Notes: generated by a model not told the origin, from the letters alone. Shown: positions 34,625 to 46,449, numbered from the stretch's first letter. The stretch: 64,000 nucleotides of DNA from Bacteroidales bacterium (GCA_045132235.1 JBGURX010000020.1:7819-71818), one strand, 5' to 3'. Program-made: numbers and translations.

Positions 34625-34710
34625 CTTCCAAAACAAACAAAAACCGCCCCCATCTTGCGATGAAGGCGGTTTTTCGGTTCGTCGTAAAGACGCACGGCGG
34701 TGCGTCTTTA
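34625..34710 (-). terminator. Tandem hairpins terminating the hydrogenase operon
   Basis: The first hairpin is TAAAGACGCAC-GGCG-GTGCGTCTTTA (34685-34710, overlapping the stop codon). The second is AAAACCGCC...GGCGGTTTT (34640-34673), followed on the minus strand by TTTTTGTTTGTTTT. Confidence 0.7.
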
Positions 34711-35199
34711 CTCCATGTTGCGGTATTCGTCAACGATGCCCTTGATGTCGGCGGGGGTGAGACGGCCATAGACCTTGTCGCCAACCATGGCAACAGGTGC
34801 CAGACCGCAAGCGCCCACGCAACGCAGACAGGTCAGAGAGAACTTGCCGTCGGGAGTGGTCTGGCCCACCTCGAGGTTGAGTTCTTTCTTGAAGGCATCC
34901 AGAACCTTCTCAGCGCCACGCACGTAGCAAGCCGTGCCCAAGCATACGCTGATCGGGTATTTGCCCTTCGGGGTCATGGTGAAGAATGCGTAGAATGAAA
35001 CCACACCGTAAACCTTGGCGGTCGGAATGTGCAGACATTCAGCAATCAACTCCTGGACCTCAGCGGGAAGATAACCCAAGAAGTCCTGCGTCTGATGCAA
35101 CACGTTGATCAATTCACCGGGATCATTGTTGAATTTGTTGCAGATGTCAATGACTTTGGCTCTGACATCCTTGTTCAATTTGATGATAATCTTATCCAT
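34708..35199 (-). CDS. NuoE/HndA-like [2Fe-2S] thioredoxin-like ferredoxin subunit
   Basis: 163 aa. CLGTACYVRG...CLRCVGACGLAP cysteine pattern. Confidence 0.85.
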   Translation of the reverse strand: MDKIIIKLNKDVRAKVIDICNKFNNDPGELINVLHQTQDFLGYLPAEVQELIAECLHIPTAKVYGVVSFYAFFTMTPKGKYPISVCLGTACYVRGAEKVLDAFKKELNLEVGQTTPDGKFSLTCLRCVGACGLAPVAMVGDKVYGRLTPADIKGIVDEYRNME

Positions 35200-35225
35200 T
35201 TTTTGAAACTTTCTTGATTACTAAA

Positions 35226-37013
35226 TTATTTTTCCAAATCAACCTCAACCGTCGTCTGTCTGTCGAAGTAGTGCGTGTGCAACAGTTCGTGTGACTTGTG
35301 GCCGCACGGCTCGCCAAGATATTCTTTGTAAATAGCCTGGATAGACGGGTTTTCGTGAGATTTACGGATGGGCATTTCGCGGTCGGCGCGGTAGATGGCC
35401 TCCCAACGAGCCTTGATGATGTCGCTGTTACCGTGGTGCAGCGGCTGACCACCACCGTCGATACAACCGCCGGGGCAGGCCATGATCTCGATGGCGTGGA
35501 ACTGGCTCTTACCAGCCTTGATGTCCTCTAACAGCTTGCGGGCGTTGTGCAGACCGTGAGCGATACCGATGTTGAGTTTCAAGCCGTCAACGTCGATGGT
35601 AGCGCTACGCACACCTTCCAAACCACGGAGTTCCTCGAAGTCGATCTTCGGGAGCTGCTTCTTGGTGATGACTTCGTAAGCCGTACGGACGGCAGCCTCG
35701 ATCACACCGCCAGTGGTACCGAAGATGACAGCAGCACCGGTGGATTCGCCGAGCGGGCTGTCGAACGGGATGGGATCGAGGGAGTTGAAGTCGATGTTGG
35801 CCATCTTGATGAGGCGGGCCAGCTCACGGGTAGAGATGGAGTAGTCCACATCGGGATTGCCGTTGACTTTGAACTCGTCGCGGCTGCATTCATATTTCTT
35901 GGCCAAGCAGGGCATCACAGAAACGCTGATCATATCCTCGCGTTTGCAGTTGATCTTCTCAGCGAAGTATGATTTGGCAATGGCGCCGAACATCTGCTGC
36001 GGAGATTTAGCGGTGGACGGAAGGTCGCGCATTTCCGGGAATTGGTGCTCGAAGAAGTTAACCCAAGCGGGGCAGCAGGAGGTGAGGATCGGGAGCGGAA
36101 CGCTCTTGTCGCCACCCAAATATTTGGTCAGACGACCGATGAGCTCGGTACCCTCTTCCATAATGGTCAAGTCGGCGCTCCAGTCGGTGTCGAAAACGTA
36201 GTCGAAACCGAGAGCCTTGAGAGCGGCGGCCAGCTTGCCAGTGACGATGCTGCCGGGTTCCATGCCGAACTCTTCGCCGAGGGCTACACGCACGGCGGGA
36301 GCCACCTGGACGACGGTCTTCTTGGTCGGGTCGGCAATAGCGCGGATGATCTTGGGAGTGTGATCCACTTCCGTAAGGGCGCCCACGGGGCAAACGGCGA
36401 CACACTGACCGCAGAAGGTACAGGGTGAGAGTTCGAGGTGCTGGTTGAAAGCGGTGGAAACCACTGCCGGGAAGCCACGTTCGATAGCGGAAAGGGCACC
36501 CACGGTCTGCATTTCGTTACACATGGTCTCGCAACGACGGCACATCACGCACTTGTTCATATCGCGGATGATGGACGGAGAAACCTCAACCTGGTAGGTG
36601 GATTGTTCGTGACCTTCACCAACGAAGGGATTCTCGCGGATACCGAAGCGGATGGCCAGGGCCTGGAGCTCGCAGTTGCCGCTCTTGGCGCACTGGAGGC
36701 AATCGTTCGGGTGGTCGCTGAGGATGAGCTCAAGGACGGTTTTGCGGGCGTTGATCACGCGGATGGAGTTGGTGCGAACGACCATGCCTTCCATACATTC
36801 GGTGACGCAAGCGGGAGCGAGGTTTCTGCGCTTCTCAACTTCGACGACGCAGATACGGCATCCGCCGGGTTTGTTGTGGACATCCATGCCTTTGAATTCA
36901 AAGTGGCAAAGGGTCGGGATGTCGATGCCCATGCTTTGTGCGGCTTTAAGAATGGTAGTCCCTTTCGGAACTTCAACTTCTCTATTATCGATGGTTAATT
37001 TGATTGTATCCAT
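35226..37013 (-). CDS. hydA: [FeFe]-hydrogenase catalytic subunit (HydA/HndD-type)
   Basis: 595 aa. N-terminal 2Fe-2S and 4Fe-4S Cys clusters, and all three H-cluster signatures: TSCCPAW, VMPCLAKKYE and EIMACPGGCIDGGGQP. Confidence 0.92.
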   Translation of the reverse strand: MDTIKLTIDNREVEVPKGTTILKAAQSMGIDIPTLCHFEFKGMDVHNKPGGCRICVVEVEKRRNLAPACVTECMEGMVVRTNSIRVINARKTVLELILSDHPNDCLQCAKSGNCELQALAIRFGIRENPFVGEGHEQSTYQVEVSPSIIRDMNKCVMCRRCETMCNEMQTVGALSAIERGFPAVVSTAFNQHLELSPCTFCGQCVAVCPVGALTEVDHTPKIIRAIADPTKKTVVQVAPAVRVALGEEFGMEPGSIVTGKLAAALKALGFDYVFDTDWSADLTIMEEGTELIGRLTKYLGGDKSVPLPILTSCCPAWVNFFEHQFPEMRDLPSTAKSPQQMFGAIAKSYFAEKINCKREDMISVSVMPCLAKKYECSRDEFKVNGNPDVDYSISTRELARLIKMANIDFNSLDPIPFDSPLGESTGAAVIFGTTGGVIEAAVRTAYEVITKKQLPKIDFEELRGLEGVRSATIDVDGLKLNIGIAHGLHNARKLLEDIKAGKSQFHAIEIMACPGGCIDGGGQPLHHGNSDIIKARWEAIYRADREMPIRKSHENPSIQAIYKEYLGEPCGHKSHELLHTHYFDRQTTVEVDLEK

Positions 37014-37028
37014 TTATCTAATACTTTA

Positions 37029-38822
37029 TTATTTAATACTAATTGCGTTAAACTTACATTTTTCGTAGCAAGTGCCGCACTTGATACAGGCGTTCTGGTC
37101 GATTTCGTGCGGGTTCTTGACGGTGCCGTGGATAGCGCCAACCGGACATGCTCTTGCGCAGGCGGTGCAACCCTTACACTTGTCAGGATCGATGACATAC
37201 TGTTTGAGGGCCTTGCACTGACCGGCAGGACATTTCTTATCGACAACGTGTGCCACGTACTCATCCCAGAAGTTGTCGATGGTGGACAACACCGGGTTCG
37301 GGGAGGTCTGACCCAAGCCGCAGAGAGCAGTGTCTTTGATGACGTGGGCGAGGTTACGCAATTCTTCAAGGTCTTCCATCGTGCCCTTGCCTTCGGTGAT
37401 CTTCACGAGGATTTCGTGGAGACGCTTGTTACCGATACGGCAGGGTGAGCACTTACCGCAGGATTCTTCCACGGTGAATTCGAGGTAGAACTTGGCGACG
37501 GAAACCATACAGGAGGTTTCGTCCATCACAATCATACCACCGGAACCCATCATAGAGCCGGCAGCGATGAGGTTTTCGTAATCGATCGGGGTGTCGAGGA
37601 ACTTCTCGGTCAAGCAGCCACCGGAGGGGCCACCAGTCTGGACGGCTTTGAACTTTCTGCCGTTCTTGATACCGCCACCGATTTCGTAGATGACTTCGCG
37701 AAGGGTGATACCCATCGGAACCTCGATCAAACCGACGTTGTTAATCTGGCCTGCCAATGCGAACACCTTCGTACCTTTGGATTTCTCGGTACCGATGGAA
37801 GAGAACCATTCCCAACCCTTGTTGATGATAACCGGAATGTTGGCGAGGGTCTCGACGTTGTTCACGTTGGAGGGTTTCTTCATGTAACCTTCAACGGCCG
37901 GGAACGGCGGTTTGAAGGTGGGTTCGCCGCGGAGACCTTCCATGGAGTGGATGAGGGCGGTCTCTTCACCGCAGACGAAAGCGCCGGCACCGTAGCGGAG
38001 TTCGATGTCGAAATCGAAGTCGGTGCCGAAGATGTTCTTGCCGAGGAGGCCGTATTCACGGGCCTGGGCGATAGCGACCTGCAGGCGGTGGATAGCCAGC
38101 GGGTACTCAGCGCGGATGTAAACCAAACCCTTGGTGGCGCCGATGCAGAAACCGCCGATAGCCATAGCTTCGATGACGGTGTGCGGGTCACCTTCGAGGA
38201 TGGAACGATCCATGAACGCGCCCGGGTCACCCTCGTCGGCGTTGCAGATCATATATTTCTGGTCGGCCTTGTTGGGACGGCAGAGGCTCCACTTCATACC
38301 GGTGGGAAAGCCAGCGCCGCCACGACCACGGAGGCCTGATTTCTTGATATCCTCGATGGTAGCTTCGGGATCATTTCTCTCCAGAACGCTGGCGAGAGCT
38401 TTGTAACCGTCGCGGGCGATGTACTCGTCGATGTTCTCGGGGTTGATGAAACCGCAGTTACGCAAAGCGATACGCATCTGTTTTTTGTAGAAGCCCATGT
38501 GTTTGGAGTCGGCTTTGTGCTCCTGGCTCTTCGGGTCGAGATAGAGGAGGCGTTCGACTTTTCTACCCTTGATGATGTGCTCGTCGATGATTTCGCGGCA
38601 ATCTTCGGGTTTCACCTGGGTGTAGAACGTGTTGTCGGGCAGCATTTTCACGATGGGGCCCTTTTCGCAGAAACCGAAACAGCCGGTACCCACGATCTGA
38701 ACATCGTTCTCTAAATTTTTCTCCTTGAGGAGCTGTTCGAAATTCTCTTTAATCTTGGCGCTTTGGGAGGCGTGGCAACCCGTACCGCCGCAAATCAAGA
38801 TATGGTATTTGTAATTAGCCAT
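37029..38822 (-). CDS. NuoF/HndC-like NAD(P)H- and FMN-binding hydrogenase subunit
   Basis: 597 aa. GRGGAGFPTGMKW, ESCGKCSPCR and two C-terminal CxxCxxCxxxC ferredoxin motifs. Confidence 0.9.
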   Translation of the reverse strand: MANYKYHILICGGTGCHASQSAKIKENFEQLLKEKNLENDVQIVGTGCFGFCEKGPIVKMLPDNTFYTQVKPEDCREIIDEHIIKGRKVERLLYLDPKSQEHKADSKHMGFYKKQMRIALRNCGFINPENIDEYIARDGYKALASVLERNDPEATIEDIKKSGLRGRGGAGFPTGMKWSLCRPNKADQKYMICNADEGDPGAFMDRSILEGDPHTVIEAMAIGGFCIGATKGLVYIRAEYPLAIHRLQVAIAQAREYGLLGKNIFGTDFDFDIELRYGAGAFVCGEETALIHSMEGLRGEPTFKPPFPAVEGYMKKPSNVNNVETLANIPVIINKGWEWFSSIGTEKSKGTKVFALAGQINNVGLIEVPMGITLREVIYEIGGGIKNGRKFKAVQTGGPSGGCLTEKFLDTPIDYENLIAAGSMMGSGGMIVMDETSCMVSVAKFYLEFTVEESCGKCSPCRIGNKRLHEILVKITEGKGTMEDLEELRNLAHVIKDTALCGLGQTSPNPVLSTIDNFWDEYVAHVVDKKCPAGQCKALKQYVIDPDKCKGCTACARACPVGAIHGTVKNPHEIDQNACIKCGTCYEKCKFNAISIK

Positions 38823-38841
38823 TCTGTAAATATTTTATGGG

Positions 38842-39237
38842 TTATTTATCGATTTTTTCATAGTTAACGGGGATGATGCCGTCGAGCAGCTCGTTGCCCA
38901 CGAGGTATTTCTCCACCAATTCGGTAGCCTTGGCAGGGGTGATGTAGCCGAAAACGACGGGATCCATGCCGGGTTTCTTCACCTCCACGGTGGGTTCGGC
39001 GTAGCAGTAGCCCATGCAGCCGGTCTGGGTGACCACAACGGGAAGTTTGCGGCTGTTGCACTCGTTGATGATGGTTTCCATCACCTGCTTGGCACCGGAG
39101 GCGATACCGCAGGTGGCCATGGCGACCTTGACCTGGATCATGTTGTCAACATTGTCGCCCATTTCGCGCAACTGCAAATTGGATTGAAGCTCTTCTCTTT
39201 TCTTCTTCAAATCCGCTAATGACTTGATTTTTTCCAT
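38842..39237 (-). CDS. HndB-like thioredoxin-fold [2Fe-2S] ferredoxin
   Basis: 131 aa. MATCGIASGA...GCMGYCYAEP pattern. First gene of the hydrogenase cluster. Confidence 0.7.
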   Translation of the reverse strand: MEKIKSLADLKKKREELQSNLQLREMGDNVDNMIQVKVAMATCGIASGAKQVMETIINECNSRKLPVVVTQTGCMGYCYAEPTVEVKKPGMDPVVFGYITPAKATELVEKYLVGNELLDGIIPVNYEKIDK

Positions 39238-39335
39238 AGTTACCTTGTTTTTGTTTATAATTTATATGGTAAAATTTGATATTCCAAATCCGCGGCAAAT
39301 TTAAGAAATAAAATGATATGAAATGGGGATAGTTG

Positions 39336-39364
39336 AAAAAAAAATCCCCTCTTTTGGGGAGGGG
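39336..39364 (-). terminator. Rho-independent terminator after fumC
   Basis: Minus strand: CCCCTC-CCCAAAA-GAGGGG followed by A-T9. Confidence 0.65.
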
Positions 39365-39376
39365 GGAAGAATGCTC

Positions 39377-40762
<1,386 letters not shown>

Positions 40763-40852
40763 ATCTTTTCTCAACAATTATGACTTGCAAAAATACGGAT
40801 TTTTCTTTTATATCATTTTTTTATTTAATTTTGCCCAGCAAATTTTATCACA

Positions 40853-42388
40853 ATGAAACACTTCACCCTTGTCCTCATTTCCATCGTCATGATGGTGGTA
40901 CTCATGCCGTCGCTGCAAGCACAGAGCACCCCCTCCGGCCCCATTGTCATGAATTTCTCGAAAGAGCACTACAGCCATGCCGTACTGGCTAACAACGACC
41001 AGCAGCTGGTGGCCTACTGCAGTCCGATATGGCAGAAACTGAAGAAGTGTTACCACTCCATCGTAACCTACGACAAGACCACGAACATCACCTCCTCGTG
41101 CGTGCTGAACCTCTCATCGGATTACAAGCGGCTGGTCGCCTTCGATGCCGGCGACTCCTACTTTGTGGCCTACTCGCGTTATGCGAAAGCCACCGAATAT
41201 GAATTCTCCACCGCCTCCATCCCCAAAGACTGCGCCAACGACTATACGGTAACCCCGCGCACCGTGCTTGCCCTCGACATCGACCGCAACGGCTATGTGC
41301 AGTCGTTCGTGGCCGAATCGGCCGACCACACCAAACACGCCATCGTGCTGGTGGGCATCAACAAGAAGGAGATGGCCGACAAATTTTACTTTTATGTATA
41401 TGATGATGCCGGGCGGGAGGTGCTCTCCAAAATTCTCGCCCCCGAAATCAACGGGGACAGCTTTTCCATTGAGGATCTGGAGGTTACCAACGATGGCGAT
41501 GCGCTGCTGTTGATGCGCACCGGCCGGAAAGACAAGACTGGCAGCTCCTCCATCCACCTGCTCACCTGCACCCAGCAGGGTGGCAAAAGCTATGTGGAGC
41601 CGGTCCGTTTCGGTGAGATCCAATCCATGCGGCTGCTGGTGCTGAACAACGGCAACTACTTTGTGGGCGGCTACTGTGCGGAAGAGCAAGAAAAGCCCAC
41701 GTCGGAGTATTTTTCCTGCATCTTCAACAAAAAATTATGGAACTTCGAACCCGCCAAGCACTTCAAACTTCCTGAAAATCAGCAACCCAAGCACGAATAT
41801 ATGCTGCTCTATTTCATCCGCTACTACACCCATTGCGCAGCCCTCCATGAGTTAGACAATGGTGAGGTGGTCATGCTCGGCGAACACCGCGCCATGGTGG
41901 TTGAGACCGGACAAGGCACCACCTACTACCACTATGCTCGCGACATTGTGTATCAGCACTTTGACGCCGACGGCGGGTCGATGCACGCCAAAAGACTCGC
42001 AAAATACCAGGCCACCCAATTCGAGAAAGGTGCCGTAAACTTTAATGCAGAGTGGTACACCTACGACAAGTTGGGCATCTCCTTCAGTTCGTTTGTATCC
42101 GGCAATTCCGTGTACGTTCTGTATCAGGACCATCAGGATAATTTCAACAAGAAAGACGGTTCCACCATGTACTCCACCATCACCACCCGCGCCAAGAGCT
42201 GTACCGTGCTGGCACGGTTAGATGACGACGGGCCGACTATGAAACTGTTGATGATGCCCGGCAAGGCGAAACGGACGCTCCACAACCTCTGGCTGTTTGA
42301 CGGGAAAGAGTTCTGGTATGGCATGTACAACCTGAAGGATTATTCATTGGAGCGCAGCACATTAAACGACATTTTTTCAGAAAAATAA
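40853..42388 (+). CDS. Secreted hypothetical protein
   Basis: 511 aa. Signal peptide MKHFTLVLISIVMMVVLMPSLQA. No recognised domain; the beta-rich composition suggests a propeller or beta-sandwich. Confidence 0.5.
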   Translation: MKHFTLVLISIVMMVVLMPSLQAQSTPSGPIVMNFSKEHYSHAVLANNDQQLVAYCSPIWQKLKKCYHSIVTYDKTTNITSSCVLNLSSDYKRLVAFDAGDSYFVAYSRYAKATEYEFSTASIPKDCANDYTVTPRTVLALDIDRNGYVQSFVAESADHTKHAIVLVGINKKEMADKFYFYVYDDAGREVLSKILAPEINGDSFSIEDLEVTNDGDALLLMRTGRKDKTGSSSIHLLTCTQQGGKSYVEPVRFGEIQSMRLLVLNNGNYFVGGYCAEEQEKPTSEYFSCIFNKKLWNFEPAKHFKLPENQQPKHEYMLLYFIRYYTHCAALHELDNGEVVMLGEHRAMVVETGQGTTYYHYARDIVYQHFDADGGSMHAKRLAKYQATQFEKGAVNFNAEWYTYDKLGISFSSFVSGNSVYVLYQDHQDNFNKKDGSTMYSTITTRAKSCTVLARLDDDGPTMKLLMMPGKAKRTLHNLWLFDGKEFWYGMYNLKDYSLERSTLNDIFSEK

Positions 42389-42397
42389 TAAAAAACC

Positions 42398-43681
42398 ATG
42401 ACTCCCCTCCCCTTTATGACTGCCGAAGAGGCCGTGCGCCTTGTGAAATCGGGCGACCACCTGCACTGGCCCTGTGTGGCCGCCGCTCCCGAGCACCTCA
42501 TCCGTGCCCTCGTGGCCCGCGCCAGCGAGTTGGAAAATGTTACCATCACCCATCTCTATACCGAAGGGTATGCCGACTACGTGCTGCCCCAGTATGCCCG
42601 GAACTTCCACCTCGACTCGTTCTTCATCGGCGGGAATGTGCGCAAGGCTACCCAAGCCGGCTATGCCGACTACATCCCCTGCTCGCTGTCCGACACCGCC
42701 CGCATCATCCGTGAGGGGCACCAGCCCGTGAACGGCGTGTTCATCATGGTGAGCGAGCCCGACGAGGAGGGTTTCGTGTCGCTCGGCACGTCAGTAGATT
42801 GCACGCTGGCGGCCATCGAGCGGGCGGAGTATGTCATCGCGCAGGTCAACCGCTACATGCCGTTTTGTTACGGCGACGCCCGCATCCCGATGTCGAAAAT
42901 CACGGCATGGGTGCGGCACGACGTGCCGTTGGCGGAGGCCGAATTCCCGGCGCTGAGCGAGCAGGACATCGCCATCGGCAAACATGCGGCGGCCTTGGTA
43001 CCCGACGGCGCCACGCTGCAAATCGGCATCGGCAACATCCCCAACGCGGTACTGGCACAGCTCGGCGGCCACCAGCATTTAGGCATCCACTCGGAGATGT
43101 TCTCCGACGGTGTGCTGCCCCTGATCGAGCGCGGCGTGATTGACGGCAGCCGCAAGCAGGTTGACCCCGGTAAGCACGTGGCCACCTTCTTGAAAGGAAC
43201 GCAGAAACTATATGATTTTGTGGACCATAACCCCGACGTGCTGATGCACGATGTGGCCTACACCAACAATCCGGCGGTGATTGCCCGCAACCCCAAGGTG
43301 GTGGCCCTCAACTCGGCCATCCAGATCGACCTCACGGGGCAGGTGTGCGCCGACTCCATCGGCACCACTATGTTCAGCGGGTCGGGCGGGCAGCTCGACT
43401 TCATGCTGGGGGCAGGTGCGAGCGAGGGCGGTGTGCCCATCATCGCCATGCCTGCCGCCACCGGCAAAGGGGTGAGCAAGATTGTGCCCACGCTGACCGA
43501 AGGCGCCGGCGTGGTGACGCCACGCACGGTGGTACACTGGGTGATTACCGAGTACGGGGCAGTGAATCTCTTCGGAAAACCGATGCGCGAGCGCGCCAAA
43601 CTGCTGATTTCCATCGCCCATCCTGCCGCACGGGAAACGCTGGAGCGGGCAGCATTTGAACGATTTGGGGGAAACAATTAA
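42398..43681 (+). CDS. Acetyl-CoA hydrolase/transferase family protein (4-hydroxybutyrate CoA-transferase-like)
   Basis: 427 aa. The size and the motifs SEMFSDG and GSGGQLDF are typical of this CoA-transferase family. Confidence 0.75.
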   Translation: MTPLPFMTAEEAVRLVKSGDHLHWPCVAAAPEHLIRALVARASELENVTITHLYTEGYADYVLPQYARNFHLDSFFIGGNVRKATQAGYADYIPCSLSDTARIIREGHQPVNGVFIMVSEPDEEGFVSLGTSVDCTLAAIERAEYVIAQVNRYMPFCYGDARIPMSKITAWVRHDVPLAEAEFPALSEQDIAIGKHAAALVPDGATLQIGIGNIPNAVLAQLGGHQHLGIHSEMFSDGVLPLIERGVIDGSRKQVDPGKHVATFLKGTQKLYDFVDHNPDVLMHDVAYTNNPAVIARNPKVVALNSAIQIDLTGQVCADSIGTTMFSGSGGQLDFMLGAGASEGGVPIIAMPAATGKGVSKIVPTLTEGAGVVTPRTVVHWVITEYGAVNLFGKPMRERAKLLISIAHPAARETLERAAFERFGGNN

Positions 43682-44703
43682 AACCTATCCATACAGGTTT
43701 TCAATTTCGTGGAAACGGCGGTTTCTTTGTCGGCGGCGATGAGGAAATGGTCGGCGATGGTGTCCACTTCGGCGCGGCGGGTGTCGGCGTCCACCTGACG
43801 TGTGGCGAGGTGGGCGGAGGAGAGAGCCACCACGCGCCAGTCACTGCACACGTCGCGCAGCATGGCGGCGGCCTCTTTCAGCTCGTCGCACTGCAGGATG
43901 GGGGCGGCTTCATCGAGGAAGTCGGCATAGAGGAAGCGGTAGCCCGCGCCGCCGGAGCCGATTTCAAGCATACGGTAGATGTGGATGAAGAACTTGCGGT
44001 CGTGGTCGTCGAGCTCCTTTTCCCTATAGGCGCGCACCACATCGGCCATGCTGCGCATGGCGCGGATGCCCTCGAAGGAGAGCGGATGATGGAGCATCTT
44101 CCAGCACACTTTGCGGATGCTCTTCACAATCGCCTTTTTGATGTCAAATTGCTGTGAAGGCTTCTGTTTCAGATAATAGATGTTGCCGATGATCGGCGGG
44201 ATATGGAGGTTGAAGCGCGATTTCTGCAAATCCTGTGCGCTGATGGTCTTGAGTACCTCGCGGGGCTCAAAATTGTCCATCACCAGATAGTCGTCGTCCT
44301 GCTTGCCGGCCACGAGCACGCTGTGACCGTTGAAGAAGAACCGCTGGTCTTCGGCGATGAAAGAGAGAGAGGATACTTCTGTGAGGATGCCGACAGGGAT
44401 GCCTTTTTCGAGCAGGGCGTCCATATCGCGCATCGCCTTCCGCTTGTTGAGGAGCCAGTAACGCCTGTAGCACACGGGGGCGCCGATGCGCTTGAAAAAG
44501 GTGGTCATGATGGTGCCTTGCCAGCAGCGGCAGGCGATGACGCGGATGCCGCTGAACTTCACAAACCGCGGTGCGCCGAAATCCATTCCCGCTCCCAGAC
44601 CGAAAATCATCGCTTCGCTGTAATCCACTCCAAAAAAATGGAGAATGTTGCGTACCGTGCCGGTTTCGCAATGGATGGGAGGGAGGATTTCAAAATTATT
44701 CAT
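43678..44703 (-). CDS. BtrH-N / DUF4872-like (peptidase C39-like fold) protein
   Basis: The track start at 44709 is TTG; the ATG is at 44703 (MNNFEILPPIHCETGTVRNILHFFG...GLGAGMDF), matching the BtrH N-terminal domain pattern. Confidence 0.6.
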   Translation of the reverse strand: MNNFEILPPIHCETGTVRNILHFFGVDYSEAMIFGLGAGMDFGAPRFVKFSGIRVIACRCWQGTIMTTFFKRIGAPVCYRRYWLLNKRKAMRDMDALLEKGIPVGILTEVSSLSFIAEDQRFFFNGHSVLVAGKQDDDYLVMDNFEPREVLKTISAQDLQKSRFNLHIPPIIGNIYYLKQKPSQQFDIKKAIVKSIRKVCWKMLHHPLSFEGIRAMRSMADVVRAYREKELDDHDRKFFIHIYRMLEIGSGGAGYRFLYADFLDEAAPILQCDELKEAAAMLRDVCSDWRVVALSSAHLATRQVDADTRRAEVDTIADHFLIAADKETAVSTKLKTCMDRF

Positions 44704-44865
44704 TATCAATAAAATAAAAGAAGAAACGATTGCATCGGCAAACGCGGATTTCCTTTTTCAAAAATAATTTGCAAATATAGCACATTTTTCATTGCCTCCC
44801 CCACCCTTTCACCATTTCCAAAAAAAAATTGTATATTTGCCGCGAAAAACAAAATCCCATCCAAA

Positions 44866-46449
44866 ATGAAAAAACTTCTTTTTACCCTCCTCTGCATCTT
44901 TATCCTGCCGGCGATGTTCGCGCAGAAAACATCCGAAGCCTTTGAGAGAGGCCTCAACCTATTCCAAAACGGAAAATACGAAAAGGCACTTCCTTTTTTT
45001 GAAGAAGACCTTGCCCAGCAGCCCAAATCCGGCTATTCGAATTTCGCTGCAGGAGCCTGTCTGATGAAGATGGAACGCTATTCGGAAGCCATCCCCTACT
45101 TGGACCAAGCCATCAAATACATGCCGAAAGGGGAACGACCGCTCGTATATATGCAGAAGGCGAGCGCCTATTACGGCATTGACAACAATGCCGCCGCGCT
45201 GGAAGTGCTGAACGAAGCCATCAAAAAGTACCCGAAACTGCCGGATCTCTACATCACCCGCGCCAGCCTCTACCAAGCAATGGAGTACTATCCATCAGCG
45301 ATAAACGACTGCGACAAAGCCCTCGCGCTCGACCCTGCCAACGGCCAAGCGATGTTTCTAAAGAGCCAGCTGCTGTTGGACAAGGAACAGTATGTTGAAG
45401 CGCTGACCTTGGCGGAGCAGGTGCTGGCGCAGGAGCGCAACAGCGCCTATCTGCGCCTCTACATCTCCATAGTACACTGCGCGCTCGAACAATACGAGGA
45501 AGCCCTCGACAACTTCATCAACTACCTCACCCACGAGGAGTACTATGAAGAGTCATTCGAAGTGATGAAAATTCTGGCCGACACGATTCCGGAGCAGCTG
45601 TTCGAGCGTTTGGATGCGCAAGCCATCAAATACCCTTCCAGTGCCACATGGCCCTACATGGCTCTCAACGCCTGCCACTACATCAACGAATACCACCGGG
45701 GCATCAGCTACGCCCAAAAGTTGCATGCCATTGCCAACGATTCCACCTCTTACGAATACCTTATATCCACGATCACACGAGCCGATGAGTACGAAAAGGT
45801 GCTGGAGCTTTTGAAAGAAGCCCCCCAGTGGGGTTACAGCGACGAAGAATGCATGACTATGACTTTCAATACCCTTTTCAATACAGTACACTACGACGAA
45901 CTGTTGGCTCTGTACGACTCCCTTTTCCCCGACCCGACCCTTGACACCAACTACACCCATTTCCCTTTCGGCTGCTATGCCAATACCCAGCAATGGCAGA
46001 AAGCCCTTGACTGGCTGGAACGCATTTTGCCACAAAATAAAGACAACGAAGATTTCCCCGTTTTTTATTACAACGCCATCGCCAAAATCAAATTATTGCA
46101 ACACGACACCCTCGCCGCACAAGCCGCCGCACACAAAGCCATTGAAACCGACCCCGACCGGATCATCGCCTACTATTTTATCGGCGACAAAGAAAAAGCA
46201 TACCAGCAATTGGCAAAAAAATACGATTTCGACAGCGAAGATGGTTACGAATTATATAATATTGCGACCTGCTACGCCATGATGGACGACCCCACCAACG
46301 CACTCATCTATCTCCGAAAATCCTTCGAAGCCGGCTACTATTACGGTATGGGCCGGAGCATCGCCATCGACTGCGAGCTGTACAACCTCCGCAACCTGCC
46401 CGAATTCAAGGCCCTGCTGGAGGAATTTGCCGAAAAGCAGAAAAAGTAA
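44866..46449 (+). CDS. TPR repeat protein, secreted
   Basis: 527 aa. Signal peptide MKKLLFTLLCIFILPAMFA and multiple TPR-like 34-aa repeats. Confidence 0.65.
   Translation: MKKLLFTLLCIFILPAMFAQKTSEAFERGLNLFQNGKYEKALPFFEEDLAQQPKSGYSNFAAGACLMKMERYSEAIPYLDQAIKYMPKGERPLVYMQKASAYYGIDNNAAALEVLNEAIKKYPKLPDLYITRASLYQAMEYYPSAINDCDKALALDPANGQAMFLKSQLLLDKEQYVEALTLAEQVLAQERNSAYLRLYISIVHCALEQYEEALDNFINYLTHEEYYEESFEVMKILADTIPEQLFERLDAQAIKYPSSATWPYMALNACHYINEYHRGISYAQKLHAIANDSTSYEYLISTITRADEYEKVLELLKEAPQWGYSDEECMTMTFNTLFNTVHYDELLALYDSLFPDPTLDTNYTHFPFGCYANTQQWQKALDWLERILPQNKDNEDFPVFYYNAIAKIKLLQHDTLAAQAAAHKAIETDPDRIIAYYFIGDKEKAYQQLAKKYDFDSEDGYELYNIATCYAMMDDPTNALIYLRKSFEAGYYYGMGRSIAIDCELYNLRNLPEFKALLEEFAEKQKK

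Noticed and set aside
34524-34793. 89-aa minus-strand ORF spanning the poly-A tract (encodes FFFFFFF)
   Set aside because: It crosses two terminator hairpins and the homopolymer, overlaps the NuoE-like gene end and has no plausible start context. It is an artefact of the intergenic sequence.
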